This document shows, piece by piece, positions 9,335-18,213 of a DNA stretch of 51,676 nucleotides; positions within the stretch are counted from its first letter, which is position 1, and the number at the start of each line of letters is the position of its first letter. The stretch is from NCBI GenBank assembly GCA_022824665.1, contig JAJDZL010000014.1, positions 1 to 51,676 of the forward strand, given 5' to 3'. The translations under genes were made by a program, and so were the position numbers. This DNA comes from Gammaproteobacteria bacterium (GTDB taxonomy: Bacteria > Pseudomonadota > Gammaproteobacteria > Arenicellales > JAJDZL01). The notes below the pieces were generated by a model. The model was not told the DNA's origin and did not search any database. It saw only the letters and a program-made list of their open reading frames with translations.

Positions 9335-11539
9335 ATGTCAAAGGATAACCGATACATTTCCACTGGTGAACTTCAGGTTAGCCAGTGTCTCTATAAATTG
9401 ATTGCTGACGAAGTCTTGCCCGGGACCGGAATTGATTCTGAGCATTTCTGGGCGTCTCTAGCAAATATCGTCACCGACTACGGTGCCAAGAATAGCCGCC
9501 TGCTGGCTAAGCGAGACCGATTGCAGACGAGTATTGATGACTGGTACGCGTCCGATGAAGGCAAAAGCGCGAATGCTGAAAAGACCCGTAAGTTTCTCAC
9601 CGATATTGGTTACCTGGTCAAGGAGGGTCCGACTTTCAAGGTGGAAGTCGAAGACGTCGATCGCGAGATTTCCGATGTCAGTGCGCCGCAGTTGGTCGTA
9701 CCAGTTGATAATGCCCGCTATGCCTTGAATGCAGCCAATGCCCGCTGGGGCAGTCTTTACGACGCACTTTATACATCTGGCGTGGCGGAAACCGAAGATG
9801 AACCGCCCCCACCGCCGGCAAAATTTGACTGGCAGCGCGCGCGACGCGTCATTCAGTGGACGCGCAAGTTCCTTGACCGGGTGGTGCCGCTTGAGGAGGG
9901 CAGTCATGCAGATGTAACCGCCTATACCGTTGTCCCTGCAGGTCGGCGGACCCTCAGAGTACACGCAACTTTGAAAAGCGGTGACAGCACCACACTCAAG
10001 TCACAGGGTCAGTTTGCCGGTTTCAGGGGCTTGATGTATTCGCCTTCTGAGATATTGCTTTACAACAACGGGCTGTTTATGCGACTTTTGTGTGATCGCA
10101 AATCCAGGATCGGCAAAACTGATGATGCAGGCATTAGCGATGTGATGATGGAGGCTGCCGTAACCACCATTCAGGATTTTGAAGATGCGATATCAGCAGT
10201 GGATGCCGAAGACAAAACCCACGCTTATCGAAACTGGCTCGGCCTGATGAAAGGTACGCTGAGCACTGAATTCAAAAAAGGTGATAAAACGCTCAAGCGC
10301 GCCCTCAATCTGGACATGGAGTTTACCAATCCTTACGGTATGCTGACGACGGTATCGGCAAGGAGCATGATGCTGGTTCGCCATACCGGTATTCATATGT
10401 ATACAGATGCAGTTCTGACTAAATCCGGTGAGCAAATTCCTGAAGGATTTCTTGATGCACTGGTCATCTCACTTTGCGCGATACACAATTTGACAGGTGA
10501 GCCGGCGAAAACGCTTCCCAACAGTCGCTGTGGCAGTGTCTATGTTGTTAAACCCAAGTTGCACGGGCCTGAAGAAGTTGCCGCAACTGTCGAGCTTTTC
10601 TCCCGGGTTGAAGATGTGCTGGACTTGCCGCGCAACACGCTCAAAATCGGCATTATGGACGAAGAGCGGCGAACCACCGTCAACCTTAAAGAATGTATTC
10701 GGGAAGCCCGTAACCGGGTGATATTTATCAACACCGGTTTCCTGGACCGTACCGGGGATGAAATTCATACCATGATGAATCTCGGCCCGTCCATCACCAA
10801 GGATCGCATGAAGCAGGCCGGTTGGCTGCACGCCTATGAGGACTGGAATGTCGAGGTTGGCGTGAATACCGGTGTCTACAGTGTTGGACAGATCGGCAAG
10901 GGTATGTGGACCATGCCCGACCTGATGAAGGCCATGTACAAGAACAAGACTGTACACCCCAAGGCCGGTGCCAATACTGCCTGGGTGCCCTCACCAACGC
11001 TGGCAGTCCTGCACGCACTGCATTACCACGAAATTAACGTACTTTCGATACAAAGGGCCAAGTTGACCGATCAGAAGACCAGTCTGAAAACGATTCTGGA
11101 ACCTCCGGTATTGCGCGAAGAGCTGTCGGCTGAGGAGATCACCGCAGAGCTTGAGAACAATGCCCAAAGTATCCTCGGATACGTCGTTCACTGGGTCGAA
11201 GAAGGGATTGGCTGTTCAAAAATTCCTGATATTAATGAAGTCCATCTCATGGAGGATCGGGCCACGCTGCGTATTTCGAGCCAGTTGATTGCAAGCTGGC
11301 TCAGACACGGTCTCACCAGCCGCGAACAGGTGCTGGAAATTTTCCAACGAGTTGCCGTGATCGTTGACAATCAGAACGCGAATACACAAGGCTATCGACC
11401 GATGGCGCAGGATTACGATGCCAGTGTTGGCTTTCAGGCAGCTTTGGAGCTGGTGTTTCAGGGCGTTGAATCACCAAATGGTTATACCGAACCGTTGCTG
11501 CACAAGAATCGCCGGATCGCGAAAGCGAAGTACGCGTAA
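9335..11539 (+). CDS. glcB: Malate synthase G
   Basis: The N-terminus (MSKDNRY...ADEVLPGTGID..FW) aligns by eye with enterobacterial GlcB, and the length of about 734 aa fits. The ATG at 9335 is preferred over the upstream in-frame GTG at 9305. Confidence 0.9.
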   Translation: MSKDNRYISTGELQVSQCLYKLIADEVLPGTGIDSEHFWASLANIVTDYGAKNSRLLAKRDRLQTSIDDWYASDEGKSANAEKTRKFLTDIGYLVKEGPTFKVEVEDVDREISDVSAPQLVVPVDNARYALNAANARWGSLYDALYTSGVAETEDEPPPPPAKFDWQRARRVIQWTRKFLDRVVPLEEGSHADVTAYTVVPAGRRTLRVHATLKSGDSTTLKSQGQFAGFRGLMYSPSEILLYNNGLFMRLLCDRKSRIGKTDDAGISDVMMEAAVTTIQDFEDAISAVDAEDKTHAYRNWLGLMKGTLSTEFKKGDKTLKRALNLDMEFTNPYGMLTTVSARSMMLVRHTGIHMYTDAVLTKSGEQIPEGFLDALVISLCAIHNLTGEPAKTLPNSRCGSVYVVKPKLHGPEEVAATVELFSRVEDVLDLPRNTLKIGIMDEERRTTVNLKECIREARNRVIFINTGFLDRTGDEIHTMMNLGPSITKDRMKQAGWLHAYEDWNVEVGVNTGVYSVGQIGKGMWTMPDLMKAMYKNKTVHPKAGANTAWVPSPTLAVLHALHYHEINVLSIQRAKLTDQKTSLKTILEPPVLREELSAEEITAELENNAQSILGYVVHWVEEGIGCSKIPDINEVHLMEDRATLRISSQLIASWLRHGLTSREQVLEIFQRVAVIVDNQNANTQGYRPMAQDYDASVGFQAALELVFQGVESPNGYTEPLLHKNRRIAKAKYA

Positions 11540-11554
11540 TTTGCCTGAAGCCGA

Positions 11555-12580
11555 TCAATCGGGCAGCCGAATTGAATCTTTGATTTCCCGCAGGGTGTTG
11601 ATTAATACCTTTGGTCTGACGACTTCAATGATGCCACCCCAGGTAATAACGTGCCACGCCATTTCATAGAGTCCGCATGCCTTGAAGCGGACCTCGATCC
11701 GACCGTCTCTGCGTTTTTTGACTTGTTGTGATGGATGAAATATCCACTGCTCGACGACCTCAGCATATTCGGCATCGAAGCGCCAGCACACGTTGTATGC
11801 TCTGCGCTCTTTGAATACTCCGAAACAATTTTTCAAATAGTTTTCCACTGAGTGTTCAGGCTGTTTTTCGAAGAACTGATCACCGTAGACTTCCAGCATT
11901 GATATCTTTGATAGCGTAAAGGTTCGCAACGCATTGATTTTGGGGTGGTCAACAAACGCGAGCAGGTAGCTTCGGGTATTGTTACCGTGCAAAAAACCAT
12001 AGGGGTGAAGATCAAACCAGCGCATTGTTTTACCGCTGCTGGATGTGTAATCGAAGCTGACGACATTAAAGCCTTTAACTGCCTCACGCAACCCTTCAAG
12101 CACACCGCTTTCGATGACCTGGACCGGACCTGGTCGGTAACTGAACCCTTCGGCGTCTTTCAGCGTTGCAAGATCAGCGTCGATCCGGGTCAGTCTGCTG
12201 TGATCCATATTCACTTTCAAAAACCGGTTCAATGCCTCGATATCTTTGCGATACTCCTGCATACCGCGGTTCTTAAACAGTTTTGCGGCTGCGTCCAGTG
12301 CGGCTAGCTGCTGCAAGGTTGGACTGGGTGCGGCAATGGCATTTTTGATACGCCAGCGCTTGGGTCTTTGTCGAACGATTTCGACATCCGGGTTTGATTC
12401 AAGAATCGCCCTTATCATTCGTTCAGCTGTTCTGCGGGAAACACCATATTTTGCCTGAATGTCCTCGTAGGAGACACCATCGTTTGATGCCTGCATTTCA
12501 TAGATCAGATTCAGCAAATTCAGGTACCGGCGGTACATGCTGTGTTGATCGCTTGATTCTTCGTGTTGGGTTTCGAACAT
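11555..12580 (-). CDS. HTH-WYL domain transcriptional regulator (YafY/DriD/PafBC-like architecture)
   Basis: 341-aa ORF with an N-terminal wHTH (YEDIQAKYGVSRRTAERMI) and a central WYL-like segment (RWFDLHPYGFLHGNNTRSYLLAF) followed by a C-terminal extension. Confidence 0.7.
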   Translation of the reverse strand: MFETQHEESSDQHSMYRRYLNLLNLIYEMQASNDGVSYEDIQAKYGVSRRTAERMIRAILESNPDVEIVRQRPKRWRIKNAIAAPSPTLQQLAALDAAAKLFKNRGMQEYRKDIEALNRFLKVNMDHSRLTRIDADLATLKDAEGFSYRPGPVQVIESGVLEGLREAVKGFNVVSFDYTSSSGKTMRWFDLHPYGFLHGNNTRSYLLAFVDHPKINALRTFTLSKISMLEVYGDQFFEKQPEHSVENYLKNCFGVFKERRAYNVCWRFDAEYAEVVEQWIFHPSQQVKKRRDGRIEVRFKACGLYEMAWHVITWGGIIEVVRPKVLINTLREIKDSIRLPD

Positions 12581-12622
12581 AATATTGGGATTGGCTCCGA
12601 AATCTGAGTTGAGACGGAATAA

Positions 12623-13249
12623 ATGAAAGCAAAGAAAATTCTGATTTTTACCTGTTTTATTTTAGCCTTTGGGGGCTGGAATTCTTTACTGGCTGACATT
12701 TCTGATGCCAGAAATATTGTGGTCCACACAATCGATAATATTTATCTTGATATTTCGACAGACTATGCATCCGAAGACGCACTGCGCACCAATGTCGAGC
12801 AAAGTGTACGCCGGCATCTGGAGCCGGTTTTGGACTTTAGTCGGTTTACCAAGCTTATCCTGGCATCGCACTGGAAGAAGGCATCCGTTGAGCAGCGGGA
12901 CCGATTTGCCGACATTCTCAGAACATTTCTGTACAGAACCCTGTCCAAGGCGATAGTTGAGCACAAGCAGATTATTCTGTCATACCAGGATGATCTTGTC
13001 GTACTGGAGCCAAGGCCGGGACGAACCGAGGACCGGGCAATTGTGTCGGTTGTGGTTGAAAACCACTCCAAAGGAAAAATTACCCTGGATTTCCGGATGG
13101 GTCAGAAAGACGGGCGCTGGTCTGCCTACGATGTGATTGTTCAGGACGTTAGTTTTGCAATCAACTATCGCGCCATTCTGAATTCAGAAATCAAGAAAAA
13201 TGGCCTCGACCGCGTGATTGAATCATTCACCTCGACACTCCAGCAATAG
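12623..13249 (+). CDS. MlaC/Ttg2D-family periplasmic lipid-binding protein
   Basis: 208-aa ORF with a signal peptide (MKAKKILIFTCFILAFGGWNSLLA). It resembles the toluene-tolerance Ttg2D/MlaC family. No other mla genes are adjacent. Confidence 0.65.
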   Translation: MKAKKILIFTCFILAFGGWNSLLADISDARNIVVHTIDNIYLDISTDYASEDALRTNVEQSVRRHLEPVLDFSRFTKLILASHWKKASVEQRDRFADILRTFLYRTLSKAIVEHKQIILSYQDDLVVLEPRPGRTEDRAIVSVVVENHSKGKITLDFRMGQKDGRWSAYDVIVQDVSFAINYRAILNSEIKKNGLDRVIESFTSTLQQ

Positions 13250-13308
13250 CGAGTTCAGTCAGCACACATGACCGGTTAATTGTCCGTCGATTGAAAGTTC
13301 CGGACAGC

Positions 13309-14604
13309 CTATGCGCCAAAAGTTTCTGCAACCCTTGCGAGTCGTGTGATTCCTGACAGCACCCGCGGAAACTTGATGATGTTTGGCCATGGCTTGAAGT
13401 CAAGCCGGTCCAGCGCAGTCTTGCCTTCACTCGTGCCCAGTACTTTTTGCCCGACTTTCATGCCGAAGTAGCTCGACAGCGTTATGCCGGACCCGCAATA
13501 GCCCATGGCAAAATACAAACCGTTATCCATACCGATGTGCGGGCTGATGTCGGTGGTGTAGGCGACAAATCCAACCCAGCCATAAGAAACCTTCACCCCG
13601 GCAAGTTGTGGATAGACTGTGAGCATCTGTTGATACAGGGTTTGTGTTCCGGATCTTGAACCTGCTTCCGTGAACGTAACGCGACCGCCGAAAATGAGTC
13701 TTTTCTGATCCGGTGAAAGCCTGAAATAGTTGCCGATTAATCGGGTATCAGAGATCACCCGGTTCTGCGGAATCAGTGTTCGACACAGCTCATCCGGCAG
13801 TACTTCGGTTGCGACCTGGAAACTTCCGATCGGTAAAATGCGCCGATTGTGCCATTCAAACTGTCTATCTGTATAACCATTTGTTGCCAGCACCACGTCC
13901 CTGGCATCCACTGTACCTCGTGCGGTATGCAGCCGAAAACCATTGGACTTGCGCTCTAGCGTGGTGACCTCACACTGATCTGCAACCATTGCACCGGCTT
14001 CGGTTGTCAGCCTCAGTAATTCCAGGTGATACTTGCCAGGATGAATACTGCCGTGCGCCGGCAGCACGCAGCCTCCCTTGAACAGTTGCGAGCCGATTTC
14101 AGTGTCCTGTTCAGATTTCGGCACCATGTGATATTCGAAGGCGATTTCACTGGGTGTTTTAGCGTAATTCCTGTTTAGTCTGTCGAATGCCTGCTTTGAA
14201 TGCACGCCGATAAACCGGCCAGATTGAGTCCAGTCGCAATCGATCCTCTCTTCGTCAACCAGTGTTTTCAGGTATGCCAGTGCCCGATGTCCTTCCTGCA
14301 CCATTTCGAGCGCGGTCTGGCGGCCAAATCGCTTGGCCAAACGATCGTATTTGGGCTTGTAGCTCGTGCCTGCCTGGCCGCCGTTTCGACTGCTGCAGCC
14401 GTAGCCGGCAAGGTCTTTTTCCAAAATGAGTGTTGACCTGCCCGCACGGGCTGTTTGAAGCGCTGCATTGAGTCCTGTATAGCCTGAACCGATCACCGCA
14501 ACGTCGACAGTTCGCGGCAAGTCTGGCTGGGTGAGCGGCTCGCGCGGTGCGGCCTCCCACCAGTAGGGCATATCCCGGTAATCATTTGCATAAATATTTG
14601 ACAT
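13309..14604 (-). CDS. FAD-dependent oxidoreductase (DAO family, PuuB/OrdL-like)
   Basis: Rossmann dinucleotide motif VAVIGSGYTGLNAAL. The ATG at 14604 (MSNIYANDY...) gives a typical 431 aa, and the longer ORF to 14751 would overlap the divergent gene. Confidence 0.8.
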   Translation of the reverse strand: MSNIYANDYRDMPYWWEAAPREPLTQPDLPRTVDVAVIGSGYTGLNAALQTARAGRSTLILEKDLAGYGCSSRNGGQAGTSYKPKYDRLAKRFGRQTALEMVQEGHRALAYLKTLVDEERIDCDWTQSGRFIGVHSKQAFDRLNRNYAKTPSEIAFEYHMVPKSEQDTEIGSQLFKGGCVLPAHGSIHPGKYHLELLRLTTEAGAMVADQCEVTTLERKSNGFRLHTARGTVDARDVVLATNGYTDRQFEWHNRRILPIGSFQVATEVLPDELCRTLIPQNRVISDTRLIGNYFRLSPDQKRLIFGGRVTFTEAGSRSGTQTLYQQMLTVYPQLAGVKVSYGWVGFVAYTTDISPHIGMDNGLYFAMGYCGSGITLSSYFGMKVGQKVLGTSEGKTALDRLDFKPWPNIIKFPRVLSGITRLARVAETFGA

Positions 14605-14789
14605 TCTGGACTCGATTGGCCTGATTAATGTGATGAACAATCCAAACGGATTATAGTGTTCACCCAGCGCAACATAGACCTCAGACCAGGTGCGCAGCGA
14701 CGGAATAGTCTGTTCGACATCGTTTGGCTGTGAAACAGAATCATAAATCAAATAACATTAGCGCATCTTTCGAAACTTGGATCATAAAA

Positions 14790-15650
14790 ATGAAAAGAAA
14801 CCTTGGTAGCACCGACATTGAAGTTTTTCCAATTGGACTAGGCGCAATGCCACTTGGAATACGCGGCACTTTGCCATTGCAGGACGCGATTGATGTTATT
14901 CACTCAGCTGTTGAGGCCGGTATCAGTTTTATTGATACCGCCAATGTCTATTGTACGGACAATCAGGATATTGGGCTCAATGAAAGAACGATCGCTCAGG
15001 CTCTTGGTTCAATCGACAGCAGCGGCATCATTGTTGCGACCAAGGGTGGACTGGTACGTCCCCAGGGGCGCTGGGAACGAAGAGGGTCTCCGCAACACTT
15101 AAGAAGTGCCTGTGAAAAGAGCCTGCAGGACCTCAGCGTTGAGGCGATCACCCTGTATCAGCTTCATGCTCCTGACCCGTTGGTACCGTTCTCTGACTCT
15201 GTTGGCGAGCTTGCAAGGCTTCAATCGGAAGGCAAGATTTTGCATGTCGGGCTGTCCAATGTCGGGCAGGATTTACTGGATGAGGCGATGGATATTACCA
15301 CGATTGTCTCAGTTCAGAACCGTTGCAATATCTACCATTCGGTCGACTTAAAAAGTGGCTTTGTTGATTATTGCCGGCAAAACAGCATTACCTATATCGC
15401 CTACAGCCCGATGGGTGGGGGCGGCAGGTACACCGAGCTTCGCGATGAAGCAGTGTTATCAGAGCTTGCGGCTTCGCACGAGTCGACGGTTTACCAGGTG
15501 ACCCTGGCGTGGCTGCTGAAAAAAGGTGACAATATCCTGCCAATTCCAGGTGCAGGTCGCATCTCGAGTGCAGTCAGCAGTGCTCATGCAGTCCATGTCG
15601 ATTTATCCGCGGACGAAGTCAGGCGTATTGACGGAATCGGCGCGCCCTGA
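14790..15650 (+). CDS. Aldo/keto reductase
   Basis: Typical AKR N-terminus (MKRNLGSTDIEVFPIGLGAM..) with FIDTANVY and LYQLHAPD motifs. The start is moved to the ATG at 14790. Confidence 0.85.
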   Translation: MKRNLGSTDIEVFPIGLGAMPLGIRGTLPLQDAIDVIHSAVEAGISFIDTANVYCTDNQDIGLNERTIAQALGSIDSSGIIVATKGGLVRPQGRWERRGSPQHLRSACEKSLQDLSVEAITLYQLHAPDPLVPFSDSVGELARLQSEGKILHVGLSNVGQDLLDEAMDITTIVSVQNRCNIYHSVDLKSGFVDYCRQNSITYIAYSPMGGGGRYTELRDEAVLSELAASHESTVYQVTLAWLLKKGDNILPIPGAGRISSAVSSAHAVHVDLSADEVRRIDGIGAP

Positions 15651-15669
15651 ATCAAGGCTGCGGGCGACT

Positions 15670-16110
15670 TCACGGCCATTTTCGGGTCGGCTGTGAGAGT
15701 GAAGTCCATGCGCGGATGCCGCCGACAGCATCATAAACCTGACTGTACCCCAATCGATCGGCAAGAAAGGTGCTGATCACCTTGGAGCGGTTACCGACAT
15801 CACAAATAATCGCAAGCGGCTTATCAGCCGTTGCCACTTCATTGAGTTTGCTGAGCCACGCATAAACATCGTAGTTGCCGTTGCGGTCAAAAAAAGTCAT
15901 CAGGTGACTTTCAGGTATGACGCCTGTCGCGCGCCACTCCTCAGGTGTACGCACATCGATCACGGGTACACCCTGCTCAATCAACTGCTGCAGTTCAGCC
16001 GGTGTGGCCTTGAGTGAATTTCCAAAGGCGGGACTTGCAGTGCTGAAAAGAAGCAGCAGCACCACTTTCCAGGCTGTCGAGAGCCTACTTTCGAAGCACG
16101 CTTTTTTCAT
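15670..16110 (-). CDS. Rhodanese-domain sulfurtransferase-like protein with signal peptide
   Basis: Active-site loop CDVGNRS (CX4R) and an N-terminal hydrophobic signal. The start is uncertain (16110 or 16140), and either one overlaps the stop of the upstream gene. Confidence 0.7.
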   Translation of the reverse strand: MKKACFESRLSTAWKVVLLLLFSTASPAFGNSLKATPAELQQLIEQGVPVIDVRTPEEWRATGVIPESHLMTFFDRNGNYDVYAWLSKLNEVATADKPLAIICDVGNRSKVISTFLADRLGYSQVYDAVGGIRAWTSLSQPTRKWP

Positions 16111-17437
16111 ACAGGTTGAGAAACTTGCCGTTTGGATCATAGCGGTCTTTTAGTGCCCAGTATTCATTACTTCGGTAAATCTGCCAAAACTCGTTTTCTT
16201 CATAGTAAGCATCCGAATAAAGAGACTTGATGCCGCCGAGCTCAGCGGTTTTCTTTTCAATTTTACGGTTAAGGTAGCCGACTGGGTGTTTAGTTCGGGA
16301 TTTGACAGCATCCCAAAATCCAAAATTGATATATGTTGCATTGGGATGCATCGAAAAGAGCGGAAATCGGCTGGCATTCTCACCGGTGCCAATCGGGCAA
16401 ATCCAGATTGGCAGCACCCCAATTTCGTTGAGCAGAAACGCCAGAAATTCCGCTGCGTGCTGAATTGGAATGTCAATGTCCTGAATGACTGATTCACAAT
16501 GAAAACCACCGATTCGGTTGAGGAATCTTGTTGCGCCCCACTTTGAGTTCCAGCGCATTACCCTGGTATAGGTTTGCGAATTCAGACGCTTCTTACCCAC
16601 CACTCTGCGCATCAGCCCATTTTGCACATAGAGATTTTTTGAACACCAGAACCAGTCAGTGTCCCATCGCCAGATATAGTCCTTGACGGTCAGGTAATCG
16701 GTTTCACGCGCTCGGACGGACTTGTAGTAAATGTTCAGATACGTGTAATCGCTGGTAAAAGGCGCCGTATCAACGAATCGTCCTGTCGTGATGTAATGTT
16801 CATTCGGACCATAGACACTGCCGTCTAAAAAATCGATATCCGAGTGTTGCAGTGCCGCGATCGCATCAAAAAACTCCTGCGCGTCCTGATACAGCGTGTG
16901 ATCAAGTCGCACAAAGGGTTTAACCGGCAAGGCAGGTGTTTTCAGTTTGAGAACATACCCCAGCGTGCCGTAAGAGTTGGGCAACCCGTAGTAAAGGTCA
17001 GCGTGCTCGTTATCGGGTGTGCAGCTGACCACTGAACCGTCAGCCAGCAACACTTCCATTTCAAGCACTGTCTCGTGCGGCAGACCATATCGAAATGAGG
17101 TCGACTCAATGCCGATGCCGGCGATCGCCCCGCCAATGGTAATGGTTTTGAGTTGCGGTACAACGAGCGGCATAAATCCGTACTCGAGACTCGCATCGAC
17201 CAGCTCGCCGTAGGGATTCATCCCTTCGGAGACCAGCGTGCGCTCAGCCGTGTCAATTTCAAGCAGGTGATTGAAATCGCGCACTGACAGCGCCTCGCCA
17301 GCTTCATCGAGCCGGTCTCGAAACAGATTAGAGGTGTCTTTTTGCAGACGAACTGAGGACTTGGCAGTGTGCTGCATTTGCCTGGCAAGTCGGTTTCGGC
17401 GACTTGGATAGGACTCAGCAAAGGCAGTTTGAATCAT
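16085..17437 (-). CDS. FAD-binding (PCMH/FAD_binding_4-type) oxidoreductase
   Basis: 450-aa ORF with a Gly-rich FAD-binding segment (TIGGAIAGIGIESTSFRYG). Overall it resembles bacterial homologues of DWARF1/24-dehydrocholesterol-reductase-like flavoproteins, from recall only. Confidence 0.65.
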   Translation of the reverse strand: MIQTAFAESYPSRRNRLARQMQHTAKSSVRLQKDTSNLFRDRLDEAGEALSVRDFNHLLEIDTAERTLVSEGMNPYGELVDASLEYGFMPLVVPQLKTITIGGAIAGIGIESTSFRYGLPHETVLEMEVLLADGSVVSCTPDNEHADLYYGLPNSYGTLGYVLKLKTPALPVKPFVRLDHTLYQDAQEFFDAIAALQHSDIDFLDGSVYGPNEHYITTGRFVDTAPFTSDYTYLNIYYKSVRARETDYLTVKDYIWRWDTDWFWCSKNLYVQNGLMRRVVGKKRLNSQTYTRVMRWNSKWGATRFLNRIGGFHCESVIQDIDIPIQHAAEFLAFLLNEIGVLPIWICPIGTGENASRFPLFSMHPNATYINFGFWDAVKSRTKHPVGYLNRKIEKKTAELGGIKSLYSDAYYEENEFWQIYRSNEYWALKDRYDPNGKFLNLYEKSVLRK

Positions 17438-17458
17438 GTTGGCAGGTCCGAATCAGAT

Positions 17459-18037
17459 TCAGTTCCGATGCAGGCTTTCAGTAACGCTAACCAGCTGTTC
17501 AACGACGCTGGCAACTTTTTGCCGCTCGGACTCGTCAGTTAATTTGCCATGCTCGTCGAATCGATGCGCGGCACCGCTCAAAGCAAATTGTCTGGGCAGC
17601 ACAATCATACCGAGCGTTCCAAGTATGGCGCGGACGCTTGCGAGTGTCCTAAGCCCCCCAAGCGCACCCGGGGAGGTCGCAAGCAGTGCGACCGTTTTGC
17701 CTGTGAATGCTGCCAGCGCGGGTTCACCTGCAACCGGGCGGGAGACCCAGTCGATCGCGTTTTTGAGAACTGCGCTGATTGCGCTGTTGTATTCGGGGCA
17801 GCTGAGCAGTATGCCATGGGCAGCGCACATGGCACCACGCAGTCGAAGTGCATTTTCAGGGACGCCTTCCAGTTGTTCGAGATCACCGTCATAAAGTGGC
17901 ATGGGGTAGTCCCGAAGATCGATGACAGTGACCTCAGCACCTTTTTTTTCAGCCAGTTGAGCTGCATTTCGAACCAGCATCTTGTTATACGAACCAACTC
18001 TTGTACTTCCGGCAAAGGCGAGGATTTTTATTGACAT
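17459..18037 (-). CDS. NAD(P)H-dependent FMN reductase family protein
   Basis: The MSIKILAFAGSTRVGSYN N-terminus and the SPEYN motif are typical of the family. The ATG at 18037 is preferred over the upstream extension. Confidence 0.8.
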   Translation of the reverse strand: MSIKILAFAGSTRVGSYNKMLVRNAAQLAEKKGAEVTVIDLRDYPMPLYDGDLEQLEGVPENALRLRGAMCAAHGILLSCPEYNSAISAVLKNAIDWVSRPVAGEPALAAFTGKTVALLATSPGALGGLRTLASVRAILGTLGMIVLPRQFALSGAAHRFDEHGKLTDESERQKVASVVEQLVSVTESLHRN

Positions 18038-18117
18038 CTGCTGGTTCCCGATGACGCGAATGAATAACAAACAAATAATATTGTAATGAAATTGCGCGCG
18101 CTCAGGATTTGACCTGG

Positions 18118-18160
18118 AAAAAGAGCGGGTCTGGTAGCTGAGCTATGCTTGCCAGACCCG
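18118..18160 (-). terminator. Rho-independent terminator after amtB
   Basis: On the minus strand, a 9-bp stem CGGGTCTGG/CCAGACCCG (18126-18134 / 18152-18160) with a 17-nt loop is followed by CTCTTTTT. Confidence 0.6.
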
Positions 18161-18213
18161 AATGGGGAAATCGTCAATTGCGAATTGCTTGCGTTCGTTC
18201 GTGTGAAATTGCT

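Noticed and set aside
13309-14751. Long N-terminal extensions in the ORF track: 13309-14751, 14724-15650, 17459-18070, 28636-29892, 40386-42032, 42488-43231, 37282-40413 and 9305-11539.
   Set aside because: In each case an internal ATG gives a protein whose N-terminus and length match the family. It also removes overlaps with neighbouring genes. The extensions are attributed to the absence of an upstream in-frame stop.
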